NCBI GenBank assembly: GCA_023663815.1
Contig: JAMPGS010000001.1
Coordinates: 1-62,944, forward strand
Length of the DNA: 62,944 nt
DNA from: Clostridium sp.
GTDB taxonomy: Bacteria; Bacillota; Clostridia; Lachnospirales; Lachnospiraceae
Direction: 5' to 3'
Made by a program: the position numbers and the translations under genes. Positions 9,171 through 19,361 of the stretch are shown one piece after another. The notes below the pieces were generated by a model. That model was given only the letters and a program-made list of their open reading frames with translations, had not been told where the DNA came from and made no database searches. The stretch's first letter is position 1. Every line of letters starts with the position of its first letter.

Positions 9171-11164
9171 GAGAGCTTATTTACTTTCCGGTCGTAGGTG
9201 AGCAGGCCGTTTACTTCCTCTTCCACGTCGGATACCTGCGTATATACAGCTCCGCAAAGCCCTTTCTTTTTGAGAGGGAGTAAAGATTTTTCGATAAATT
9301 CATGGTAGGCTTTGCCGAATTCCGCGAGCGAGCCAAAGCGTTTGTAGCCGAAAACCCGCTCCACGCTGGAATGGCCCTTGATGTGGCAGGCAAAGCCGCC
9401 GTATTCAGATAGGAAAAAGGCGCGGTTTTCCCACTTTTTTACGGGAACGGCAAGGGGGCGGAAGTAATTGTGTACGCTGATAAAGTCGCCGCAGTTTTGG
9501 TCAAACCAGCCGCTTGCGGAATCGATTAGCCGCGAGAAATCCGTTTTTTGAATCAATTCGGTGATGCGCGCGGCGTCAAATTGGCCCCAGCCCTCGTTGA
9601 AAGGAACCCAGATAGCAATGGAAGGGAAAAATTTTAAATACTCAACGGTTTCCGTACATTCTTTTTTCCACTGAACGCGCGCTTCCGCGTCTTTTCTGGA
9701 AAATAGGGAATAGTGGGAGTCTTTTAAGTGCGCGGAGAGCTTTGGAAACAGGGTAGGGAGATAATTGATGACGGGCATACGGTACTTGCTCCCGCCGTTC
9801 ACCATATCCTGACAGACGATCATGCCCAGCCGGTCGCAATGGTAGTACCATCTGGCGTTTTCCACTTTAATGTGCTTGCGCAGCATATTAAAGCCGAGCT
9901 TTTTCATGGCGGTGATGTCGAACAAGAGGGCGTCGTCGGAGGGCGCCGTGTAGAGCCCGTCCGGCCAGTAGCCTTGGTCTAAAACGCCCATAAGAAAGCA
10001 GGGCTTGTGATTTAGGCAAAAAAGGGGAATACCGTCGGGCTGTTTTTCAATGGAATAAAGGCGCATGGCAAAATAGCTCTGTACACTGTCGGAACCAAGG
10101 GTAATATTTACATAGTATAAAGAAGGATTTTCAGGGCTCCACGGGTGGAAATGTTCTTCCGGCAGAGTAAAGGTAAAGCGGAAAACGCTTTCTTTTCCTT
10201 GGGAAGAAGTATCTGTTTCTGTAATGTCAAAGGCTGTCAATGGCAATGTTTGGCGGAGAATTTCTTTTTTGTTATATTTGTCATTATCATTGATATAGCA
10301 GTTATCATTGTTATGACAGTTGTAGTTGCCGGTACGCGTGCTGCCAGTATTATTGCAGTTGTCCCTATCAGCGCAAGAAACGGACAATGAGATACCAGGG
10401 AGCTCTTTCGGAGATGGTTTGTCTAATGGCGGAGCCGCTGCCTGTTCTTCTAACGGCGTGCTGGATAAAAGCGTATCGGAAATTATAGTGGTTATATGAG
10501 CAGTTACCTTCCGAGCGTCGTAATCCGTCTCAAACCATACATTTTTTATATAGGAAGCGGGAACCTGCTCAAGCCAAACAGTCTGCCAAATACCGCTTTG
10601 AGCGGTGTAGAAAATACCGCCCCTGTGCAGGGTTTGTTTTCCCCTTGGCTGGCTTTCTTGATCGGTAGGGTCTTGAACCTTTACCAAAAGCTCATTTTCA
10701 CCGTCTTTTAGGAAATCTGTAATATCTATATGAAAAGGAAGATATCCGCCTAAATGGGAGGCGGCCAAAGTTTTATTTATGTATACCTCCGCGCGATAGT
10801 CCACAGCGCCGAAATGTAAGAGGGTACGCATATCGAAGAGGTTATCAAGAGACGGAAGGTAAGTCCGATACCAGAGAAACTCCGACGGAGTAAGCTGCCT
10901 GTTGACGCCGGAGAGCGGAGCTTCAGGAGAAAAAGGCACAAGGATTTTTCCGTCAAAAGAATCAGGAACGGCGTCGCCAGCTGTGATGGCATAGTCCCAA
11001 TATCCATTGAGGCAAAGAAAGGAATCTCGCCGTAATTGCGGGCGGGGGTACTCAGACAGTAGGTTATCTGCATTTATTTGTTCGCCCCAGACGGTGGTAA
11101 GGGGCGCAAGTTTGTCGTTTTCGTGAGGTTTGATAATACTTTTAGCGGCGTCGAAAAAATTCAT
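9146..11164 (-). CDS. Glycoside hydrolase family 2
   Basis: YPRPQ, LHFGAVD, SGIWQTVWLE, LDQGYWPDG, RKHIKVE, WVPFNEGWGQF, SEYGG. Confidence 0.9.
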   Translation of the reverse strand: MNFFDAAKSIIKPHENDKLAPLTTVWGEQINADNLLSEYPRPQLRRDSFLCLNGYWDYAITAGDAVPDSFDGKILVPFSPEAPLSGVNRQLTPSEFLWYRTYLPSLDNLFDMRTLLHFGAVDYRAEVYINKTLAASHLGGYLPFHIDITDFLKDGENELLVKVQDPTDQESQPRGKQTLHRGGIFYTAQSGIWQTVWLEQVPASYIKNVWFETDYDARKVTAHITTIISDTLLSSTPLEEQAAAPPLDKPSPKELPGISLSVSCADRDNCNNTGSTRTGNYNCHNNDNCYINDNDKYNKKEILRQTLPLTAFDITETDTSSQGKESVFRFTFTLPEEHFHPWSPENPSLYYVNITLGSDSVQSYFAMRLYSIEKQPDGIPLFCLNHKPCFLMGVLDQGYWPDGLYTAPSDDALLFDITAMKKLGFNMLRKHIKVENARWYYHCDRLGMIVCQDMVNGGSKYRMPVINYLPTLFPKLSAHLKDSHYSLFSRKDAEARVQWKKECTETVEYLKFFPSIAIWVPFNEGWGQFDAARITELIQKTDFSRLIDSASGWFDQNCGDFISVHNYFRPLAVPVKKWENRAFFLSEYGGFACHIKGHSSVERVFGYKRFGSLAEFGKAYHEFIEKSLLPLKKKGLCGAVYTQVSDVEEEVNGLLTYDRKVNKLSQALPPSG

Positions 11165-11304
11165 GTTTTTTTATGAAAGCGTTAGCTTTCATCCTTTCTT
11201 CTTGTGCAGGTGTGCTTGTTCCGTTTCTTATTATAATTGCTGCCGGTTGATTCGTAAAGATTTAGAGGCAGATTCTTGCATGGCGAATTTATGGGTTTTT
11301 GCGG

Positions 11305-11460
11305 ATTGTGCAGGTTCATAGACGTTGGCAACTATGCAGGCTTACAGGCATTTGACAATGTGCAGGGCTGCAAACATTTGGAATTATGTTTCTAACAGAT
11401 ATTTGCCAATTATATGCCTATAGACATTTGCGGCATATACGCCTATAGGCATTTGCAACT
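11305..11460. repeat. Degenerate ~25-bp tandem array, about 6 units
   Basis: (C/T)ATTTG anchors at 11349, 11375, 11400, 11425, 11450; best units TATATGCCTATAGACATTTGC and TATACGCCTATAGGCATTTGC. Confidence 0.65.
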
Positions 11461-11540
11461 GCCACTTGCCAACGGGTGGGAGAAAGAGTACACTAAATTT
11501 AAATCAATTATAAAAACAGTAAATCAGGAGGAAATAAATT

Positions 11541-12050
11541 ATGAATAAAAATGTTTTTCACAAGCTTTCTTACGGCGTTTATGTGGTGAGCACATGGGAT
11601 AACGGAAGGCCTACGGGCTGCACGGCAAACAGCGCTATGCAGATTACGTCGTCGCCGGCGACGATTGCGGTCAGCATCAACCATGACAATTATACCAATA
11701 AGTGTATCAATGAGACGGGGAAGTTTGCTATTTCTATCATGGCGGAGGATTCAAAGCCCCTCATTATTGGAACGTTTGGTTTCCGCTCTGGAAAGGATAC
11801 GGACAAGTTTGCCGAGGTGGAGTACAAGGTGGCGGATTACTTACCAGTAGTTGCCGATTCCTGCGGTTATATTGTTTGCGATGTGATAGACAAAATGGAG
11901 ACGGCAACCCACACGGTATTTTTAGGCGAGGTAAAGGGCGCTGAGCTTTTTGGCGACAGAGAGGCCATGACCTATAATTATTATCATAAGGTAGTGAAGG
12001 GCAAGAGCCCGAAAAATGCGCCGACCTATCTGCCGGACGAGGAAGCATAG
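11541..12050 (+). CDS. Flavin reductase family protein
   Basis: LSYGVYVV, FGFRSGKDTDKF, THTVFLGEV, KSPKNAPTY. Confidence 0.88.
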   Translation: MNKNVFHKLSYGVYVVSTWDNGRPTGCTANSAMQITSSPATIAVSINHDNYTNKCINETGKFAISIMAEDSKPLIIGTFGFRSGKDTDKFAEVEYKVADYLPVVADSCGYIVCDVIDKMETATHTVFLGEVKGAELFGDREAMTYNYYHKVVKGKSPKNAPTYLPDEEA

Positions 12051-12116
12051 GAAGCTGCGCCTACAGTCAAAAACTTTGCGGCAAGCTGGCGGGAAGAAAT
12101 ATGCGGGGGATGAATA

Positions 12117-12875
12117 ATGGAAGCGGAAGAGTTGTTGAAGAAGCGTTTTAGGGAGTTGGCTGAAAAGAGCTATCAGAACAATCAGTTTACATTTACAAGT
12201 TTTTTAAGCCCCGCGGACATGGCTTGCTTTTATGAGTTGGAAAAAGAGCTTTCTTACATTCCCTATAAGGCATGGGGCGGAAGCGAGGAATGTGAACGCG
12301 TGATACTTCGGTTTGGAAGCGAGGAGGAGTTTGGGTATAAAACAGAATTTCCTATTGTCTGTATTCAGATAAAGCCCATGGCGGCAAAGTTTGCAGACGC
12401 GCTGACGCACAGGGATTTTTTGGGCGCGTTGATGAATCTTGGGATAGAGAGAAGCACGCTAGGAGATATTTTTTTGATAAATAACGAGGGTTATCTTTTT
12501 TGCCTTGACAGTATGGCGGATTTTATTTTGGATAATTTAAGTAAAGTGAAGCATACTTCTGTCCTGTGCAAAAAGGTGGAGAAGCTGCCGGATTTTGCGG
12601 GGCATGATAAGCGAGAAGTGAAAATCCAGATTGCCTCAGGCCGTATTGACGCCGTGGCGGCAAAGGTGTGCGGGTTTTCGCGGGGCGAGGCGTTGGAATT
12701 GTTCCGGCAGAAAAAAGTGTTTGTAAACGGCAGATTGTGCGAGAATAACAGCCGTTTGCTGGCCGAAGGGGATACCGTGAGCGTGCGGGGACATGGAAAG
12801 TTTGAGTATCTAAGGGAAGCGGGCACAAGTAAAAAGGGTAAAATTAACGCGGTCATTATACGTTACGGAAAGTAA
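12117..12875 (+). CDS. YlmH-like S4-domain RNA-binding protein
   Basis: LTHRDFLGALMNLGIER, RIDAV, VFVNG, VSVRGHGK. Confidence 0.88.
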   Translation: MEAEELLKKRFRELAEKSYQNNQFTFTSFLSPADMACFYELEKELSYIPYKAWGGSEECERVILRFGSEEEFGYKTEFPIVCIQIKPMAAKFADALTHRDFLGALMNLGIERSTLGDIFLINNEGYLFCLDSMADFILDNLSKVKHTSVLCKKVEKLPDFAGHDKREVKIQIASGRIDAVAAKVCGFSRGEALELFRQKKVFVNGRLCENNSRLLAEGDTVSVRGHGKFEYLREAGTSKKGKINAVIIRYGK

Positions 12876-12890
12876 AAGGAGAGTTTTAAG

Positions 12891-13808
12891 ATGCTGCTGG
12901 AACAGATGGTAGTGCTTTTCCTGCTGATGGGTGTGGGATATATCTGCTATAAAAAATCAATCATCACGGATGAGGTGAGTAAGAAGCTCTCGGCGATTGT
13001 GGTTAATGTGGCAAATCCGGCGTTGGTTTTGACCGCGTGTATGGGAGAAAATAAGATTCAGGGCGAGGAGCTTGTGACGACGATTGCGATTATGGCCGTT
13101 ATGTATCCGGCTCTTTTGCTGCTTGCAATGATTCTTCCGGCGTTCTTGCGCGTGGAGAAAAAAGTCAGGGGAACCTACAAGGCGATGACGGTTTTTTCCA
13201 ACATAGGATTTATGGGCTTCCCAGTGATTACCGCGTTGTACGGAAACGGCGCGCTGCTTTACGCAACGCCTTTTATCATTATCTATAATATTTTGATTTA
13301 CACCTATGGGGTGTCGGCCATAAGGAGCGGGGAAAAGGCTGCGGCCGATAAAAAATCTTTTTCAGTTAAAGAATTGTTAAATGCAGGTATGATTTCTTGT
13401 ATAATAACAATTGTTATGTATATCTTTGACATACCGATGCCGGTTTTTCTTCAGACAACGATAACGCATTTGAGCAATTTGACAGCGCCGCTCAGTATGA
13501 TGATTATTGGGGCTTCCTTTGCGGTTATCAATGTAAAGAATCTTTTTACGGATGTGCGGCTGTTGGTCTTTGCAGTTATTAAGCTGTTGGCGCTGCCCAT
13601 AGCCGGTATTTTTATTATCAGTATGTTTGTGGAAAATCAGGTAATTCTCGGAGTGTGCATGGTGATGCTGGCAACTCCCGTGGGAAGCATGACGGCAATG
13701 CTGGCCCAGCAGTACGACGGGGATTACGAGACGGCAGCCAGAGGAGTAGCCCTCACCACAATTTTATCGGTGGCGACCATGCCTCTGGTGTCGATGCTGA
13801 TGCTGTAG
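12891..13808 (+). CDS. AEC (auxin efflux carrier) family transporter
   Basis: FSNIGFMGFP, PLSMMIIG, VIKL, ATPVG, TTILS. Confidence 0.88.
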   Translation: MLLEQMVVLFLLMGVGYICYKKSIITDEVSKKLSAIVVNVANPALVLTACMGENKIQGEELVTTIAIMAVMYPALLLLAMILPAFLRVEKKVRGTYKAMTVFSNIGFMGFPVITALYGNGALLYATPFIIIYNILIYTYGVSAIRSGEKAAADKKSFSVKELLNAGMISCIITIVMYIFDIPMPVFLQTTITHLSNLTAPLSMMIIGASFAVINVKNLFTDVRLLVFAVIKLLALPIAGIFIISMFVENQVILGVCMVMLATPVGSMTAMLAQQYDGDYETAARGVALTTILSVATMPLVSMLML

Positions 13809-14083
13809 AGACTTCGAAAAAATGTGTTTTTAATGTCAAGGGGTTTGATGTCGAGCCTTTTTTACATTGGTTTTATTTCCGCGGGCAATGAGGCAAGCGG
13901 CTGGTTGCGGCGGGTTTTTGATTTCACGTCGGCTTTTGCGGTATCAATTTTTTCATCTCTTTTTTCATGTCAGTTTTATCTTTTGTAATAGTAATCATAT
14001 CTTTTGGATTTACCGTCCAATGACAAAATATTTCCTGCATTATAGAATAAATATAAGTAAGAACAAAGTGCAGGAGGAAGAAA

Positions 14084-15904
14084 ATGAGTATCGTTATCAA
14101 CTTGTCAATTATCCCTCAGAGAATTTCACCGGATAAATGGGAGGAAGTTTATGAGGAATCGCTGGCACTGGTGCAGGCTTACGATTTTATGGACAGAATT
14201 CCCACGAAAAGGAACGGGTTAGAGTACTGCTATGCCGGAAAGACCAAGGAGAGGGACAATCTTCCAAAAAAGGGGTATCGTGGGTGGTGTTCCGTGGGAG
14301 ATATGCGGACGGGGGATAACACGGAGGATTTTGTACTTTATAGGGATATTCATGCTTATTTATCTGAAAGCAAGGAAACGGACAGGGGAGAAGATATCCT
14401 TCTGAACGCTTTGACAGGAATGGACGTACCCGGAAAACAAAAGGACTGCATTAATCTGTGGGGCGGCAGAACACAGGGGGAGGACAGTCATATTTATCTG
14501 CTGGCAATCGGGTGCCTTTTTGCGTCCCGTTTCCCGGAAGCCGCTATGGTGTGGGGGAGTATTTCTGCAGGTCAATGTCAGAGAGCGGTGCGGTGGGCGA
14601 ATCAAAATCTGAGAACGCCAATTGCGAAACCAAGCGAAAAGTCAATAGACGAACCGGATGAAAGGTCAAAAGAAAAGACGATTGAAAAATCGGTCACAGG
14701 GGAAGGAGGGAAACTGGTTGAAAATCAAACAGATAAGCCAGCCGAAAAGTCGGATTGCAAGTCAAGTGGCCCTACAATTGGTCTCCCGGACATCGGACAA
14801 AAGCGCAAGCTTCTTGACCGGTTAAAGAAGTCTCCCATTCTCCGGCATAAGCTGTTGGATGCTTTTTTTCAACTGACGATTGAAGCGCGGGATAAAAGGA
14901 TGGGAGAATTTTTGGAGGAGGAATTTCACAGTAAAGAGATAGCTTCCTATTATAAGGAGCGTCTTGCTGAGTATAATTCCAGCCAACGGGGATTTGTAGC
15001 TGTCATAAAGGAATATCTGGAAATGGGTTTTTCCTTTGAGGGGCTTTGCAGACTGACGGTGAGCGATAGCGACGGCCCGATGGTTTCGCCGGAAGAATTT
15101 TTAACTCACATTATGGAATCGGGGCTTTACATAGAGGAGAAAGAGACGGAGGATATTACAAGGCTGGCAAGGGAGCGGGCCAATTGCGAGAAGGTGGACA
15201 CTGAGCGGGAGGAGATTGTCAGAATACTGGCGAAGATTTGCGGGGCGGAGAATAGAAATGTAAACGCCTATTATCCGCTGGAAAAAATCAGACAGGACTG
15301 CAAGACGGCGTTCGGTAACATGTGTGACGTGGATAATATCATAGACTGCTTTTTGGAGAAGAAAACAAATAATGCAGACAAGATTAGCCTGCAAAAGCTC
15401 CTTTACGATTTGCCGGACAGCATCTTTGGATATAATGAAGCAGAAAAAGATGAAAATGGGCAAAAAGGTCATGCATACGATGTGGGGGCCTATCGGGAAT
15501 TGATAAATTTTGTTCCGGGATGCTCCGTGAGGCCGGAGCTGGAAGCAGACTTAATTAAAAATTTTAAGGCTATTCACGAGTATGCAGAGGCGGAATTTGA
15601 TAATTTCAAAGCTTTGAGCAGAAAAGAACGGGAAAATTATTTTATTTTCCATAATCAGTATGTGCTTTTGCGGAAAAACGTATGGGACAGGATTTTTGAC
15701 AGAGTAATGGACGATGACTATATTATAAGGATTTACGGACTTTTCGGCATTAACTGTGAAAATGAGGAGGGCTATCTTTTTTGCCGAAATGTGTTTGCCA
15801 ATCTGCAGGCGTTGGATTACTATTGGGAGCTAACCCTTAGAAAGCCAGAAAAAGCTCTCGGAAAGCTGGAAAAAGCTCTTGAGAAGCCGGAAAATAGCTT
15901 TTGA
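14084..15904 (+). CDS. Hypothetical protein, 606 aa
   Basis: Long ORF with SD GGAGG; no family recognised; low-complexity K/E/S segment in the middle third. Confidence 0.8.
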   Translation: MSIVINLSIIPQRISPDKWEEVYEESLALVQAYDFMDRIPTKRNGLEYCYAGKTKERDNLPKKGYRGWCSVGDMRTGDNTEDFVLYRDIHAYLSESKETDRGEDILLNALTGMDVPGKQKDCINLWGGRTQGEDSHIYLLAIGCLFASRFPEAAMVWGSISAGQCQRAVRWANQNLRTPIAKPSEKSIDEPDERSKEKTIEKSVTGEGGKLVENQTDKPAEKSDCKSSGPTIGLPDIGQKRKLLDRLKKSPILRHKLLDAFFQLTIEARDKRMGEFLEEEFHSKEIASYYKERLAEYNSSQRGFVAVIKEYLEMGFSFEGLCRLTVSDSDGPMVSPEEFLTHIMESGLYIEEKETEDITRLARERANCEKVDTEREEIVRILAKICGAENRNVNAYYPLEKIRQDCKTAFGNMCDVDNIIDCFLEKKTNNADKISLQKLLYDLPDSIFGYNEAEKDENGQKGHAYDVGAYRELINFVPGCSVRPELEADLIKNFKAIHEYAEAEFDNFKALSRKERENYFIFHNQYVLLRKNVWDRIFDRVMDDDYIIRIYGLFGINCENEEGYLFCRNVFANLQALDYYWELTLRKPEKALGKLEKALEKPENSF

Positions 15905-15966
15905 AAGCTGGGAAGCAGCTCTTGAGAAGCTAGAAAAATTTTTGAGACACCGAGAGAAAGCTCTTG
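15840..15966. repeat. Degenerate 20-22-bp tandem array, 6 units, spanning a stop codon
   Basis: GAAAGCCAGAAAAAGCTCTCG, GAAAGCTGGAAAAAGCTCTTG, AGAAGCCGGAAAATAGCTTTTG ... Confidence 0.8.
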
Positions 15967-15995
15967 AAAAATTAAATCAGTGAGAAAGGAATGAT

Positions 15996-16481
15996 ATGCG
16001 GGAAACCAATTCCTACCCCAATATTGATTTGGAGAAAACAGGGATTCATTTGAAAAATTTGATTACGCAACAGGGATACACGGTGAAGGATATCCAAGAT
16101 GTGCTTCGCCTGTCATGCCCGCAGCCGGTTTACCGGTGGTTTAAAGGACAAATTCTGCCCTCCGTTGACCACCTGTATGTCCTGTCAAGGCTGTTGTGCG
16201 TCCATATGGAGGAACTGTTAATTTCCTCTCAGATGGAAATTTCATTTCAGAAAGAAATTTTATCTCAGAAAGAAGTTCTTCCGCAAAAAGAAGCTCTATT
16301 GCAGGAGGGAATCTTGCCACAGCAAGAAATTCCACCGCAGAAAGAAATTGTGCTGTTTGAATTATGGGGCAGTTTGTTTAATAAAAAAGCCCGCGAAAAA
16401 CGCGGGCGGGTGTTCCTGCACGTGGGAGCATCCTTACAGAAGGCTAAATTTTGTCAAAAGCAATATCTTATTAAAAGCTAA
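15996..16481 (+). CDS. XRE-family HTH regulator with a repeat-derived tail
   Basis: GYTVKDIQDVLRLSCPQPVYRWFKGQILPSVDHL, then QKEILS-type hexapeptide repeats. Confidence 0.8.
   Translation: MRETNSYPNIDLEKTGIHLKNLITQQGYTVKDIQDVLRLSCPQPVYRWFKGQILPSVDHLYVLSRLLCVHMEELLISSQMEISFQKEILSQKEVLPQKEALLQEGILPQQEIPPQKEIVLFELWGSLFNKKAREKRGRVFLHVGASLQKAKFCQKQYLIKS
16230..16355 (+). repeat. In-frame 18-bp tandem repeat, 7 units
   Basis: QMEISF QKEILS QKEVLP QKEALL QEGILP QQEIPP QKEIVL. Confidence 0.8.
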
Positions 16482-16636
16482 GTTTTATAAAAACTATGTC
16501 TTGCTAAAAGCTAAGTTTTGACAAAAATTATACTTTATCAAAAACTATGATTATCAAAAGCTATGATTTATCAAGAACTATGATTTATCAAAGCTATGTT
16601 TTACCAAAAGCTATTCTTTACACAAGCTATGATATC
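16439..16636. repeat. Degenerate 16-17-bp tandem array, about 12 units
   Basis: Consensus close to AAAAGCTATGATTTATC; fills the gap between the convergent HTH gene and nrdG. Confidence 0.85.
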
Positions 16637-17142
16637 ACCAGTTCAGGGCACCCTTCCTTTTGAATCTGTAGGAGTCGCTGGTTGCTGCTTCCGCGGAAAT
16701 GGAGGCTGATATCATATAAGTTTTCGTCAAATTCCCCGTCCACAAGAATGTCTATGTAGCTTAAAAATTCTTCGGTAACTTCACAATGGGCCTTTCCGTT
16801 TATATCCAGAAGGTCAGTCTCGTAGGTATAACCGGTGTAGCACCAGATATCCTTTTGTGGAAAACGATCCTTAAACCGCCGCAGGAGAGGAAGGAGCGCC
16901 CTTTGGTTCGGGATTTCCATGGGCTCTCCGCCCAAAAGGGACAGCCCTTTTATATAGCTGGCCTCCATAGAATTTAAAATGGTATCCATGGTCTTTTCGG
17001 TGAAGGGCTCCCCATAGTGGAAGTCTTGGGCTTCCTCGTTAAAACAGCCCTTACATTTATGGGTACAGCCCGACACAAAAAGGCTGGTTCTCACTCCTAA
17101 ACCGTTGGATATGTCGTAGTATTTTATATTTGCATAATTCAT
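16627..17142 (-). CDS. nrdG: Anaerobic ribonucleotide reductase activating protein
   Basis: NGLGVRTSLFVSGC, CTHKCKGC (CxxxCxxC), LGGEP, RGSSNQR. Confidence 0.95.
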   Translation of the reverse strand: MNYANIKYYDISNGLGVRTSLFVSGCTHKCKGCFNEEAQDFHYGEPFTEKTMDTILNSMEASYIKGLSLLGGEPMEIPNQRALLPLLRRFKDRFPQKDIWCYTGYTYETDLLDINGKAHCEVTEEFLSYIDILVDGEFDENLYDISLHFRGSSNQRLLQIQKEGCPELVIS

Positions 17143-19301
17143 AGATGCATAACTCTTTCGCGAATTTCCTGCGTGCGGCCCTGATTCCAGAACTGAGTGC
17201 CGATATAACCGCAGGTGCGCCGGGCAACGTTCATTTTATTTTGGTCCCGGTTTTTGCAGTTGGGACATTCCCACACCAGCTTCTTGTGTTCATCCTCGAT
17301 AATTTGAATTTCGCCGTCGTATCCGCATACCTGACAGTAGTCGCTTTTGGTGTTCAGCTCCGCGTACATGATATGGTCGTAAATATGGCGCATGATGGCG
17401 AGAACCGCGTCAATGTTGTTTTGCATATTAGGCACTTCTACATAGCTGATGGCGCCGCCCGGTGAAAGCTCCTGAAATTGCGCCTCAAAGGTAAGCTTAT
17501 CAAAAGCGTTGACCGGTTCGGTCACATGTATGTGATAGCTGTTTGTTATATAATTTTTATCAGTCACGCCGGGAATGTTTCCAAAACGCTGCTGAAGGCA
17601 TTTAGAAAATTTATAGGTGGTAGATTCCAAGGGCGTCCCGTAAAGGCTGAAAGCAATGTTGGTCTCATTCTGCCATTTTTTGCAGGCATCATTTAAGTAA
17701 TGCATAACCTGAAGGGCAAAAGGAGTTGCCTCCGGGTCGGTGTGGGACTTTCCAGTCATATAACGGACGCACTCGCACAGCCCCGCATAGCCAAGGGAAA
17801 TGGTGGAATAACCGCCGTAGAGCAGCTTGTCTATGGTTTCGCCTTTTTTCAGGCGGGCCAAAGCGCCGTTTTGCCACAAAATAGGAGCCACGTCGGAGGG
17901 AGTTCCTTTCAGGCGTTCGTGACGGCACATAAGCGCGCGTTTGCACAGGGCAAGACGCTCGTCCATAATTGCCCAGAACTTCTCCATATCGCCGCCGGAG
18001 GAGCAGGCCACGTCCACCAGATTTAAGGTGACGACGCCCTGATTGAATCTTCCGTAAAATTTATAGTTGTTCTCCTCGTCCTTATATACCGTGAGGAAAG
18101 AGCGGCAACCCATGCAGGGATAGCAGTTGCCGTCTTTCAGCTTTTTGATAATTTTTTCTGAAATGTAATCGGGAACCATGCGCTTTGCGGTGCATTTTGC
18201 GGCAAGCCTTGTTAAATTCCAGTAAGGGCTGCCCTCGGAAATATTGTTTTCTTCCAAAACGTAAATCAGTTTTGGGAAAGCGGGAGTGATATAGACCCCT
18301 TGTTCGTTTTTTACTCCCTGGATACGCTGAAGAAGCATTTCCCTTATAATCATCGCCAAATCGTCCCGAATCTGGCCCTCCGGCACTTCGTTTAAGTACA
18401 TAAATACCGTGACAAAGGGAGCCTGTCCGTTGGTTGTCATCAGCGTGATAACCTGATATTGAATCATTTGAACGCCCTGTTTAATTTCGCGTTTTACCCG
18501 CATTTCCGCCATGCTGGCAACCAGCTCGTCGCTGGCTTCTATTCCCTGCGTTTCCAGTTCCTCGCGCACTTCCTTGCGGAATTTGTCCCTGCTTATCTGC
18601 ACAAAAGGGGCAAGGTGGGAGAGGGTGATGCTCTGGCCGCCGTACTGAGAGCTCGCAATCTGGGCGATGGACTGGGTGGCGATATTGCAGGCCGTGGAGA
18701 AGCTGTGGGGCTTTTCAATCATGGCCTCGCTGATAATCGTGCCGTTTTGAAGCATATCCTCCAAATTTACAAGACAGCAGTTGTGCATGTGCTGGGCAAA
18801 GTAATCGGAATCATGAAAATGAATCAACCCCTGTTCGTGGGCAGCAACTACGTCCTCAGGGAGAAGGAAGCGCTTGGTAATATCCTTGCTGACTTCCCCT
18901 GCCATGTAGTCCCGCTGCACGCTGTTGACAATAGGATTTTTGTTGGAATTTTCCTGCAAAACCTCCTCGTTGTTGCACTCAAGCAGGGAAAGAATCTGCT
19001 CGTCGGTGGAATTGGATTTGCGGACAAGGGCTCTTTTATAGCGGTAGGTGATGTAATTGGAAGCCAGCTTATAGGACTGCTGTTTCATAATTTCCTCTTC
19101 CACCATATCCTGAATTTCTTCCACGTTGGGACTGTGGGTCAGTTTACGGCAAAGACCTGTCACATTGTCCACTACGCGCCGAATTTGGGCTGCGCTTAAA
19201 CGGTCGCCCTCCTGCACGGTGGAGTTTGCCTTCTTTACGGCGTCTTCTATTTTAACAGCGTCGAAAGCGACTTCAATGCCGCTCCTCTTAATAATATTCA
19301 T
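17139..19301 (-). CDS. nrdD: Anaerobic (class III) ribonucleoside-triphosphate reductase
   Basis: N-terminal ATP cone, HNCCL, MGCRSFL, TNSYH, two CxxC, RRTCGYIG glycyl radical site. Confidence 0.97.
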   Translation of the reverse strand: MNIIKRSGIEVAFDAVKIEDAVKKANSTVQEGDRLSAAQIRRVVDNVTGLCRKLTHSPNVEEIQDMVEEEIMKQQSYKLASNYITYRYKRALVRKSNSTDEQILSLLECNNEEVLQENSNKNPIVNSVQRDYMAGEVSKDITKRFLLPEDVVAAHEQGLIHFHDSDYFAQHMHNCCLVNLEDMLQNGTIISEAMIEKPHSFSTACNIATQSIAQIASSQYGGQSITLSHLAPFVQISRDKFRKEVREELETQGIEASDELVASMAEMRVKREIKQGVQMIQYQVITLMTTNGQAPFVTVFMYLNEVPEGQIRDDLAMIIREMLLQRIQGVKNEQGVYITPAFPKLIYVLEENNISEGSPYWNLTRLAAKCTAKRMVPDYISEKIIKKLKDGNCYPCMGCRSFLTVYKDEENNYKFYGRFNQGVVTLNLVDVACSSGGDMEKFWAIMDERLALCKRALMCRHERLKGTPSDVAPILWQNGALARLKKGETIDKLLYGGYSTISLGYAGLCECVRYMTGKSHTDPEATPFALQVMHYLNDACKKWQNETNIAFSLYGTPLESTTYKFSKCLQQRFGNIPGVTDKNYITNSYHIHVTEPVNAFDKLTFEAQFQELSPGGAISYVEVPNMQNNIDAVLAIMRHIYDHIMYAELNTKSDYCQVCGYDGEIQIIEDEHKKLVWECPNCKNRDQNKMNVARRTCGYIGTQFWNQGRTQEIRERVMHL

Positions 19302-19313
19302 AAGCGCCTCCCG

Positions 19314-19361
19314 CCTCTATATATGGTATGCCCCTCAATTTTTGACAGGCATATCTAGTAT
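19314..19361 (-). promoter_or_regulatory. Tandem NrdR boxes
   Basis: Minus strand ATACCATATATAGAGG (19329-19314) and ATACTAGATATGCCTG (19361-19346), 32 bp apart, directly upstream of nrdD; TATAAT at 19365-19360. Confidence 0.7.

Noticed and set aside
16439-16636. Possible CRISPR array (also considered for 22959-23135 and 47085-47247)
   Set aside because: Units are contiguous and degenerate with no unique spacers, and no cas genes are in the window
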